Origin: Klebsormidium nitens
Lineage: Eukaryota > Plantae > Klebsormidiophyceae
Assembly (NCBI GenBank): GCA_000708835.1
Contig: DF237133.1
Span: 1-64,000, forward strand
Direction of reading: 5' to 3'
DNA length: 64,000 nt
Every line of letters starts with the position of its first letter. The stretch's first letter is position 1. Shown piece by piece: positions 1 to 20,046 of the stretch. The notes under the pieces are model-generated. The model had not been told where the DNA came from and ran no database searches. It saw only the letters and a list, made by a program, of their open reading frames with translations. Both the position numbers and the translations under genes were made by a program.

Positions 1-817
1 GGGAGGGAGGCCTTTTTGACGGGTGTACCAAACCCGTAAGTACTAATACAGTTGCAAAGTCCTCGACCCCCCCCTCGGCAGCCCCCAGCTCCTGTGAGGA
101 AAGGTCGATTCTCTGAGTCACCGTACGGAAAAGTCATCGACGGTGCCGACCTGGTCGGGGACTGCCTCGAACTTTGCGAACCGTCGATGACCGCTCGTTA
201 AATTCCTGTTTGGCCATCGACGGCGCGGAGATGATCGAGGGTTTTAACTTGCGGTCCCGTTCGTCCGATGAAGTTTGGTTAGAATGCAAGCTCGCGCCGC
301 CCCTACCGAATCGGCGCGTACGTTGCCGCCTCCATAACTTGTACTCGCGGCCGCCGCCCCGGCCCGCCGGCGGGGCCGCGCAGCCGCCACCCCTCCCACC
401 ATCGGAGGTTCCACGTAAGCGTCCCGCGAACCAATCACGATCAACCCTGCTCAAAGTTGGCGCCAAATGTGGAGTTTGGCGCGCCCTCGGCCTACCGTGA
501 CGAGACAGGCCTGTGATCGATGCCCGGATCGATGACACAGTGCCTTGCAAAGCAAGCAGCTGCAAGACTTGCAAGCGCTCACCCACTCTTTGAACACGGC
601 CTCTTGTGCGCAAAGTTAGGTACCTCAAGTGAGCTTCTCTTGCGCACTTTCTAGCAATTGGCAGGTGCAGCGTACATACAGAAGTGCGCCATCTGTGATA
701 GATACAAGCTTCCTTACGGACCTCTGAAGAAGCGCAAAACAACATTATCATTTTACGCAGGTGCTGTCTGGGTATCCAGTCAAGTGCAAAGAGATTTGAA
801 GACAAGGGGAAGGCAGG

Positions 818-10917
<10,100 letters not shown>

Positions 10918-12481
10918 AGGTCGACAATATAAAAGGAAAAAGTCAAGGAAGGGCGTAGAAGGGTGTAGAGTAGCCTGGCGACGTTGGATGAAGGACGGGA
11001 GTCGGACGTGCAAGGGCGCCGGTGAACACAAAGATAGTGCAAAAGTAGTGATTTCAAATTCTGCTTTATGATACAGTCTGTGCGCTTAAACGCACGGTTG
11101 ATTATCCGGCCACGCTAGGCAAGGGACCAAAGAATCCGTTCCCAGCTGTCAGAACGCTCACATACGAGGCACATCCCGCTGAGGCGGGTATACAAGCTGG
11201 CGTGCATGTGCGCGTCAGCCATGCCTCCACGAAAGATCGCACAGTAATTGGTTGTGGGCTCAAAACCGCCTGATCCCTAAGTGACTTACGAAGCTTCTGC
11301 AGCTACACCGCGCAAAGCAGAGGAAACCTCTCAAATCCCGCACGTCCGGACAGACGCCATTGGCCGGGCATCACGGCCGCGTCCGGTCAGTCCGCGGCGC
11401 GTCCACCGCCTGCCACTGGTTGCAGGCCCTGGCTGTCTCTGAAAATAGCACGCCAAGCCTTCACAATCTGGATATGTAGACGTCGTGTCGGACGATAAGA
11501 CACGATGGTGTACGTTCACCAGGTTTGTCAGGGGCTGTGGTGCTACCCTCCTTGAATTGGGTATCACTTCCGCGGTGCAAGAGGAAGTCAAGTGCCTCGG
11601 TATTGGTCGTGCAAGGCCAGCGCCTGATGCTGAAGCACATCCTATAATGAAGCATGTGCAACGTATGATCATGGTTTAAGTCGGAAACTTTCAAAGCATG
11701 CTCCTTAAAGCATTTGAGTCGGGCCACGTTTGCTGATGATGACAGACCATGCTCCTGGCCTTGACTCCTACAAAGGAAATCAGACGGTGCCATTGTGCAT
11801 CCACTAATGTAATAGTCGCAAGCCGTATGCTCAACGCGCGTCTTCTTGACTTTGATAGCTTGGAGTTCAGGCCCATGTACGGTGGGGTTCAGGCCGGTGC
11901 ACGGCATGTGATTGTTGTAGGCCGGGCCAATGTGTCTAATTTATCATGAAGTGGCTCCACGAGTTGCATACAATCGACAGAGAACATGCATGGTTGCGCA
12001 CGTGGTGACAGCGATGAGATGCCAGCAGAAATGAACGTTAGCCACTTGATATGCGCTTCGATCCAAATAAAGACCCCGTTCCTAATACAAGCACTAAAAA
12101 GGAAGCTTAAGTTAAAGCAAGGGTTGTGTGTTTCATATCGTCTAATGAGGCATCTCCTCAGACCTCGTTCTGGCCAATTTTGAATGCGGACTGTACGGCT
12201 TGCTCATTCTGAGGGCCCCAGTGCTCTCGATGGCACACAAGGGTGCAGTTGACACAGAGGTCTCAGTACGCAAAGAGAGACTTGATACATTGGCTTTTTA
12301 ATACAGGAACCTTTCCCGCTGATTACAGCAGGAGGATAATCATACTTAAGTGTCAATCAGCCGGGCTTTAACCTTGTTGCAAGGCTGGTTACCGCCAGGA
12401 TCTGGTTGTTGGACTCTTTCTAATCAGCCCAGAATCATCCATTGTTACGGGCCGAAGTCTGTGTAAGAAACAAGCCTGCAC

Positions 12482-13360
12482 CTACTCCTCGCTGATGAAG
12501 AAAATCTCTTCGTCCAACATTGGGAGCAGCCCTTCTACTGCCCAAAGTTGATACTTGGGGTTTGAAGCACCATGCGTGGAACCGAACAGCGTGTTGCTAA
12601 ACTCGTCGACAGGACTGATACCATAGCCGATATTAACGGGGCGCCCCTCGTGCGTAACCCCGGGGTAGGTTTGCACGACCAAAGAGGGAGTTAAGCCTGA
12701 TGGACGGCGTGTCATGAGCGCCACCAGCGCATCCGACACTTTCGTCGGGCCCGCCGTCACATGTTGTTCGGGCCCCCCCGATTTCTCGTTAAGATCATAA
12801 TACCCTGGGCCAAAGATGTACTCCCAACCACGAACCCCGCTAATCTCCTCGAAAGCCTCCTCTGCAACCTTCGCCACTGCAGGAGGTGCGTTCGTCAGCT
12901 CAAGCGGTTCCGTGACGTCACGTGGCGCGCAGCACCCCAGGCAGGCCCGCCAGGTCGCCCTCTCCTCGCTTCGGACTTTGCACAGCCGGTCGTTGAGCCA
13001 GACGTAGCTACCCAAGGGGCGCATCTGCTGGAAATTGTACTCCACCGAGTACCGCGACTCGAGACAGGACTGCCGACGGAACAGCGTGCAGGTGGGGGTG
13101 ATCATTTCCGCCCCGATGATCTGGAGCGACCGTCCGTCGCTTCTCACCAAGCACGCGACCGCTAGTTGCGTGCTGAGCTTAGCAGCTGGGGGAGGCTCGG
13201 AGGCCTGTTCCTGCGCCGCTTGGACCTGGGACCACGTGAAGGACTTCAAGTTCTGTGCATGCTTTGCGGAAGCCGGCGCTTCTGAGCTGTCGTCTAGGAC
13301 CATGATTGGCTCTGGTGACTCTCTCTGGGCTTCCCTGCTACTAGCAGCATCGTGCGCCAT
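12482..13360 (-). CDS. Intronless hypothetical protein, 292 aa, no recognised domain
   Basis: Uninterrupted ATG-to-TAG ORF with GC-rich third positions like the neighbouring true exons, a low-complexity N-terminus and a globular-looking C-terminal ~230 aa. No family recognised. Confidence 0.65.
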   Translation of the reverse strand: MAHDAASSREAQRESPEPIMVLDDSSEAPASAKHAQNLKSFTWSQVQAAQEQASEPPPAAKLSTQLAVACLVRSDGRSLQIIGAEMITPTCTLFRRQSCLESRYSVEYNFQQMRPLGSYVWLNDRLCKVRSEERATWRACLGCCAPRDVTEPLELTNAPPAVAKVAEEAFEEISGVRGWEYIFGPGYYDLNEKSGGPEQHVTAGPTKVSDALVALMTRRPSGLTPSLVVQTYPGVTHEGRPVNIGYGISPVDEFSNTLFGSTHGASNPKYQLWAVEGLLPMLDEEIFFISEE

Positions 13361-14914
13361 GTCTCTTAGTCAAGCTTCCTAAGCCCCTCTTTGACACCGC
13401 CTCTACACGACTCCTTCTGCGCCCTCTGGAAACGCTTTCTTCCTGTGCCGAGGGGCGGAAACAAACCTATTTGTTTTTGAGGCCTATCACGTGAACGGCT
13501 CTGACGGCTGCACGACAGAAGGGAATCAGCAGGGCAGCTAATTTGCGTCAGCCTGATCGTCCTTCATGCTCAGTGTCGTAGCACAGCGATCAAGCTAATG
13601 AAGAGGGCGGTGCACAGGAGCTTGTCCGAGTCGTTGCCAGGACAGTCGAACCGGTAACTCCCCTGGCCAGATTCTCGAGTTGCCTCACGAAGGATGACCA
13701 GCACCGCTTGAGCCCCGGCCAGCATCTGTGCAGTGCCTGTTGATCAGGTGGTGACGATGAGGTGTCAACAAGGAAAGTGCCTGCAACAGCCAGCAGGAGA
13801 ACAGGAAACTGCTGGACATATCAGGTACCGCGGGGTGGCGCCTGCTAGCGCACACTGCGGCGCCATCTTCTTTCAGACGCGGCCGCCCGTCCGTAAAACC
13901 CTTATCGCGGCCGCATTTGCTGCGCCTGACGCCGGCCTGATTGTCAGGGTTTGACATCAAAAGCGGCCGCGGGCAACCACGACCGCGGCCGCCAGACGCT
14001 CAGTCACTGCCCGGATGCCGCGCCATTCGTGGCGCGGTTATCATAACAAAGCAACTTCTTTTGCTGTTTCAGGGCCTTGCCTATATTATGCTTCGAAAGA
14101 AGGCCCAAAATGAAAGGGGAAAACAGAACAGGAACGGGAAGGCATAGGGTGATGTAGACTCGTTTTCAATCGCTGAACATGCCAGTGGGCAGCGCCTTAC
14201 GAAGGCGTTTGATTCTTCATGCGTCATTAGAGTCACGTTGGCTCGTGATTGGGAGGGTCCGAATCATGCAATCAGCGACTGGATAAAATCTAATTGGTAT
14301 GCTCCTTATGATCAGCATGCCCCCATGAAGGGCAGATTGGCAGCGCTCGTCAACCACCTAGCTTCGAAGACACATCCTTGTTCTCATTTCTCAAAGAGTA
14401 CGCCCATGTGCTATGGTTTCAAACCCGAGGACGAGAACTTGAACGCGCTTTCATAAGTCATTCTCTCACGATCCATTTGGAAGATATGCATATATATATA
14501 CCGATTCATAAGGAGTTCATTATGTGTGTCATAGATTAAGCCGTTTCTTTCCTACTCACGAGCACTGATTGAGTGTGGATGCAAGTGCTGCCATCTGTAA
14601 AACATGCTGGATCAAAGCAAGACGATCACCGTTGAATGCTGCTTGCCAGGATCTCACCACTGGCCGCCTCGCTCTGCTCGAGATCTTACGAGATCAACTG
14701 CAAGTGTTCTGGCTTGCCATGATAAGCCAAGAACCTTATTACAAACGTTGAACATTGTCAGAATCGTAATTGTATATGCTTATGAGCCCGTCTTTCCAAG
14801 TGTACAGAGTGGGCGATCTGCGTTAAGACGGCCGTTCTCAGATGCCTATTTCTTGACCATATGCCCTCCCTTTGAACGACTTACCTTATTCGACGTTTCG
14901 CGTCTGGTAGAGCG

Positions 14915-16032
14915 TTAGAGCTGTTCGAACTGAGATTTCCACCAATCAAGCGTCCAAAGGGGCCCCCTCTCTAAATGCAACGTTAAATGTGGGCGGCACC
15001 CTGCGTACTTCGCACGCGTCCCCCGACCGGGTTCATACAAGTCAGGCCCCTGTTTAGCGCCGCACAGATACATCGCAAACGAAGCGCTGTCCCAATTGAT
15101 CGACCGCTTATGGTCGGGAGTGAGAGTCCCACGCACTATCTCTACAGGACGAAATTGGCCGACACCAGAACCTGGCGGCGCTCTCTTGCAAGCAAAGACC
15201 TCCACCGTGATCAAATCTTCGTCAAGCATGAGCTGGAATTCGAAGCCTGCCCACGAATCACCACCCACCTTGCGGATTGCGGCAATCTCTTTCCTCACTT
15301 CTTCCAAGGGGACCAAAGGTCGTAAACCCGAGCGCTTAATTGTGATCACCTTCTCCGCAGAACCGGGCGCTGCTTGGCCTGAGTCTTCCCATGGATTGAG
15401 AATTCCAAACGCCACAGGCTTGGTTTTGAGACAAAGCAACGCCAAGACGCTCCCCGCAATCCCCGGCTTCAAGGCAGCTTTCGGAATCGCGGAGGTACAG
15501 CTCTTTGAGAGCGAGCTGCCAGTAGAGAGGGAAGCTTATAAGTTGGTGGAAGTTACTTGACGCTATATGGATTCCAGACTTGACTAACTTAGTCGTCTAA
15601 CTTTAATACATCCCTCTCTCTTTACTAAAAACCGGCAGGATGCTTGAAAAGAGCTGTAACAGACGTCTCCAGAGCTTGGGTTTGTTCACTTTGCAGCGGA
15701 CTCGTTTGTTCACCTTGCCCTCACTTTGATGCCTCTCGTTCACTTCGTTTGAAAGGCCCGAAATTTGCAGCCCCCGCGGCCAGCAATCGCTTGTACCCCC
15801 CCAAGGCTTCCACTTCAGCTTCGAACGCCTCAAAATCATCCTTGCAAAAGTCGTTCAAGACCGCAGGAAACAAAAACGCCGCCTTCCAGAAACCGGGAAC
15901 GCTTTCCGCAGCGGTTTCAAGCGCTTTGCAGGCGAAGGTGGCTATCAGTAAGGTACGAGGGCCCTGCCTACTTGCAAGCTTGTAGAGAATGATGAGGAGC
16001 ACGTCGCTCGGAAGGTCTTGAAGTCCTCCCAT
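14915..16032 (-). pseudogene. F-box-like protein gene copy 1, disrupted
   Basis: MGGLQDLPSDVLLIILYKLA..ACKAL..FWKAAF is F-box-like. An in-frame TGA at 15721-15723 sits where copy 2 has CGA and copy 3 has GGA, and a 159-bp insertion lies at 15498-15656. The downstream ORF 14915-15472 matches the C-terminal half of copy 3. Confidence 0.85.
15498..15656. mobile_element. 159-bp MITE with imperfect TIRs and TA target-site duplication (Tc1/mariner/Stowaway-type signature)
   Basis: Begins CAGCTCTTT and ends AAAGAGCTG, with further imperfect inverted match (CTGCC, AGAGAGGGA). Flanked by TA at 15496-15497 and 15657-15658. Paralog copy 2 shows the empty site CGCGGCGG-TA-ACAGACG with a single TA. Confidence 0.85.
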
Positions 16033-16379
16033 GGCTGGGGCGCTCTTGGCGACCGTGTTGAGGGCTGTGAACAAGCTGGGGCGACTTAGTGATCGACCCA
16101 ATCACCTGGTGTGTACCCGCGCAACCAACTGCCGCGGCTGTTCAAATTGCGCGGGTGCCTACGCGGCCGCGTTTGAGCAAGGCGGCCGCGCGGCGCCCAG
16201 TTGTGTCAGCTTGAACCCCGCGTCTCGGGGCGAGGCACGCGGCCGCGCGCCGTGTCGAAGAGTCGAAGTGGGCAGCCCGCGTCTGCCTAGGTAGCATCGC
16301 AAAGCAACGAGCGATGGGCCACCAATTTGGCAGCAATGCGCCATCCACTGGGACTATTTGCCTCCCAAGTCACATGGAA

Positions 16380-16825
16380 GTTTAGGTTCTCATTGCAACA
16401 ACGTTGCAGGCGTTGCAAGTGCGTTGCGCAGCGTTGCACAGCGTTGCGTGAATGACGCAACGCTTCGCAACGTTGACGAATCTATTGAGACAACGCTTGC
16501 AGCGTTGCGAAAAAGTGAGAAAGTGAGAAACATTCCCGCAACGTTGCAGCAACGTTACAGGGCGGTGCAGCAACATTGTGCAACGTTGCAGCAACATTGC
16601 GGCAACCCCATGACATGATTCAAATGAGCGTTGCGTGATTTTACTGGTTGGCGCGCAACGCTTTTTTGTTGCGGACATGTTTTGTCCGTTGACTCCATAC
16701 ATTCATCAACGCTCGCGTTGCAGCCTGAGGGACGTTGCAAGATTTCGTGACTGTTGCGACAACGTCCACGCAACGCTACGCAACGCCCTTGCAACGTTGC
16801 GTACCATTGATGCAATCAATTAAAC
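16380..16825. mobile_element. ~445-bp foldback/MITE-like element built from CAACG/CGTTG (GCAACGTTGC) repeats
   Basis: Left arm CGTTGCAAGTGCGTTGCGCAGCGTTGC matches the reverse complement of the right arm (CGTTGCAAGGGCGTTGCGTAGCGTTGC). Many CAACG/CGTTG motifs inside. No TSD defined. Confidence 0.6.
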
Positions 16826-16994
16826 ATTAGTTTCCGATCGGCGGCATTGATTGTAGGTACGTTCATTGCAAACACGACCGAAAACCCATCAGGTTATATG
16901 CGCTGGCTGGGTACGCAAACAATCCCCTCATTCCTGTACGCCTCGCACATGCCAGGCTTAGGAGGTGGCTGTGGCAATACGCTCCTTCGTTAGG

Positions 16995-19010
16995 GAGTCA
17001 CGAGTGATTTCACGCATCCAGCAGACGGGATAATTCCAACGGCATGTCCCTTGACCAGCATGGCAGATTGGCAGCGCTCATCAACCGCCTTTGAAGACAG
17101 ATCCTTGTCTCTATACTCTGGAAGAGTACGCCCAGTTATTATGGGTTCAATCTCAAGGACGAGAACGCCCTTTTCTACAATTGTCAGGCTATCACGTTTC
17201 ATTTGGATTATATGCATACACGGATTCATTTAAGGAGTCCACTTAAGCATGGAGTGTGTCGTCTTTCCTGCTCACGAGCAGTACTAGCTGAGCATACGTG
17301 CAAGTGCTGCACGTAGAACATCTGTAGAACATGCAGGATCGAGGCCATGTTGCCGAACTTATCTCAGAAACCAAAGCTGACCGCGGCTTGCCAGATTGCC
17401 AGGATCTCACCAAGGGCTCACCAATGGCCGCCCGCTAGCTGTTCGACATTTCATGAGACCAACTGCAAGTATTCTGACAAGATGGCAAGTGATACGTAGT
17501 ATGTACCTAATCACAAACGTTAAGGCTTGTTTGGAATCATATTTATCAGCCCGTATCTCCACGTAATACAAAGTCTGCAATCTGCGTTGAAACGGCCGTT
17601 TTCGGACACCTGTTCACTGATTCATTGCCCGTCCGTTGCACAACTCACTCTGCTCCACGTCGCGCGCGTAGTCGAGGGTCAGAGCTGTCCGAATTGAATC
17701 TTCCACCAATCAAGCGTCCAACGGGGTCCCCGCTCCAGATGTAGCTTCAGAAATAGGCTGCACTCCACGTACTTCGCCACACGCGTCCCCCGACCAGGTT
17801 CATGCAAGTCAGGCTTCGGTATAGCGCCGGACAGATACATTGCGAACGAAGTGCGCCCCAGACTGGTCGACCGGTTATGATCGATTATGAAACGTCCACG
17901 CACTATCTCAACGGGACGAGATTGGGCGACACCAGAACCACCGGGCAGCGCTCTCTTGCAAGCAAAGACCTCCAACGTGATCAAGTCTTCGTCTAGCATG
18001 AGCTGAAATCCGAGCCAGCTGCCCACGTGTCACTAACTAGCTTATGAATTGCGGCAATCTCGTTCCTTGCATCGTCCAAAGGGACCAAAGGTCGTAGGCG
18101 TAAGCGCTTTGCGGTCACCGTCTTTGCAGAACTCGGCGCTGCTTGGTCCGTGTTTTCCCAAGGATTGAAAGCTCCGAACGCTACAGGCTTGTCTTTGACT
18201 TGAAGTAACGCCAAGACCCTCCCCGTAATCTCCGGCTTCAACTCATCTTTCGGACCCGCGGCGGTAACAGACGTTTCCAGAGCTTGGGATTGTTCACGTT
18301 GCGTTTGTTCAGGTTGCCCTCGCTTATTTCCATCTTGATCAATTCGCTCAGAAGGCCTGAAACTTGCAGCGCGTGCGGCCAGCAGTCGCTTGTACCCTCC
18401 CAGGGCTTCCACTTCAGCTTCGAATGCGGCAAAATCCTCCTCGCAGAACTCGCTCACGTTCGAGCGAAACCAGAACGCCGCCTTCCAGAAACCGGGAGCG
18501 CTCTCCGCAGCGCTTCCAAGCGCTTTGCAGGCGCACGTGGACAACAGTAAGGTCCGAGGGCCCTTCGTAGTTGCAAGCTTGTGGAGAATCATCAGGAGCA
18601 CGTCCCTCGGAAGCTCTTGCAGTGTCCCCATTGCGGGAGCGCTCTTGTTAAGCGCTGTTCATGAAGAAGCTGAGTCTCATGGGTAGAGGACGGCGACTCT
18701 GTTCAAACTTCACCAGATGTACCCGCGCAAGCGACTGACGCGGCTAGTCAGTCTGCGCGGGTTTCTACTGCGGCCGCGTTTGAGCAAGGCGCGGCGCCCA
18801 GTGTGCGGCAGCTCAGCGCGTGTCAAATCGATCGAGCGCGGCACGTGGCCGCGCGCCGCGCTGACGTGGGCTGGCAGCCCACAAAGCCGCGTACGCGTCC
18901 AATCTAGGTAGCATCTCAATTAAGGAACCGGCCGCGACAGATGGGCCACACTACAGGACCATTCTGACGACTGCAAGTGCGTCATCCATTGTGATTCTTA
19001 GCTCCCATGC
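16995..19010 (-). repeat. ~2 kb duplicated unit, copy 2
   Basis: Colinear with copy 1 across downstream flank, CDS and GC-rich upstream region (GCGGCCGCGTTTGAGCAAGGC, CTAGGTAGCATC). Boundaries approximate. Confidence 0.85.
17679..18631 (-). pseudogene. F-box-like protein gene copy 2, frameshifted
   Basis: MGTLQELPRDVLLMILHKLA.. ORF 17993-18631 shifts frame near 18020 (TGGGCAGCTGGCTCGGATTTCAGCTC versus TGGGCAGGCTTCGAATTCCAGCTC in copy 1). The remainder is in ORF 17679-18026. An assembly error cannot be excluded. Confidence 0.75.
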
Positions 19011-20046
19011 AAAACAATCTTGAGCCGTTCTTGTAAAGTCTTGCAAGCAGCATATGCATGCATCGGTAATCCGAACGACATTGGTTTCTCTTCCTCTTCC
19101 GGTCCACTCCGTAGAAGAAAAATCTGCCGGGGTTTCACATATCTTGCGAGCCTGGCGTCCTGTCTTGCGCTTTCAATGAAAACCGCACAAGGAGAATGCT
19201 CCCGCAGAGATGGAGTCTCCTTTCAACATCTAGATATCCAAATGCGGCGCGCTTGGTGGATTGCAAGGGGCCGCCGTGGCAGCCCGCCCCAGCTCCCCCT
19301 CAACTTTCATTTGGGCGCCGGCCGCACAGTGTTGCGCGGCGCACATTAATGCCATGCAATATCTACCGCTTAGTCTGCATGCTTGGGTACGGCCGGCTAG
19401 AATGCATGTATGGATCATGAACTACCTTTGCCGCCCAGGCAACTGCCTCCGTGTAAGGTGACTATATGCGGTGGCAATCCGTGACGGCGAGCTGCGCTTA
19501 AAAACTCTCTCAATGATGATCTGAAGGCGGCACTGTCCTATGATTGTACGTTCTGGCATGGCAATAAAAGGAACAAGACTGCAATTGACACAAAGGATTT
19601 AAGAAGCCCTGCTTAGGCCGGGCCGGTGCACGGACATCCAAATGCCGTACCCTACGCAAATCCACCAGGTCTGTGTCAAGTCGTCTGCACGATCGGTTCG
19701 GAGATCATAAATTCTGCCCACATAGGAAACATGATGATGAACGGGAGAAAGCTTTGAACGGAAATATGATGATGAACATGCAACCAGCACCTTCGTCCTC
19801 TTGTAAGTTCCGTTCTAGACTCATGGATAAAGAGCAAACTGAGATGCGCGCATTTGGCATGGAGACATGCACGGATGTACAGCCATGCGTGCAGCTATGA
19901 ATCATGAACAAGAAACTGACTAGCAGCTAGTCACGCACATGTTGCGATCGCCCGTCAGAACCCACTCCAAACAAGTTGCAGCCACCTGAGGACATGGCCA
20001 AAGATCGCCGGTGCAGCGTCTCGAAGCTAATCCCAGACGGCTCTTA

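Larger units (their letters stand above)
14250..16370 (-). repeat. ~2 kb duplicated unit, copy 1 (upstream region + F-box-like gene + downstream flank)
   Basis: Flank blocks shared with the other copies, e.g. GGCAGATTGGCAGCGCTC.TCAACC.CC (copies 1 and 2), CCAGGATCTCACCA (copies 1 and 2), GCAAATAGTCCCAG (copies 1 and 3). Boundaries approximate. Confidence 0.85.

Noticed and set aside
11331-12183. Short ORFs between MCM5 and the orphan gene
   Set aside because: No coding bias, splice pattern or family motif that I can support.
12482-13360. Faint TLDc-like look (FGPGYYDL, QLWAV) in the orphan ORF
   Set aside because: Only two short motifs with incorrect spacing; not enough to assign a domain.
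16358-16823. ORFs within the CAACGTTG element, and the idea that it is a CRISPR array
   Set aside because: Short palindromic microrepeats with no regular repeat-spacer structure, no cas genes, and a eukaryotic context.
16990-17229. Apparent second conserved ORF downstream of each F-box copy (KGVLVL..CQSAML; also 32916-33194 and ~14300-14450)
   Set aside because: Reading frames differ between copies (frameshifts and stops in copies 1 and 3 relative to copy 2), so the similarity reflects DNA-level duplication of non-coding flank.
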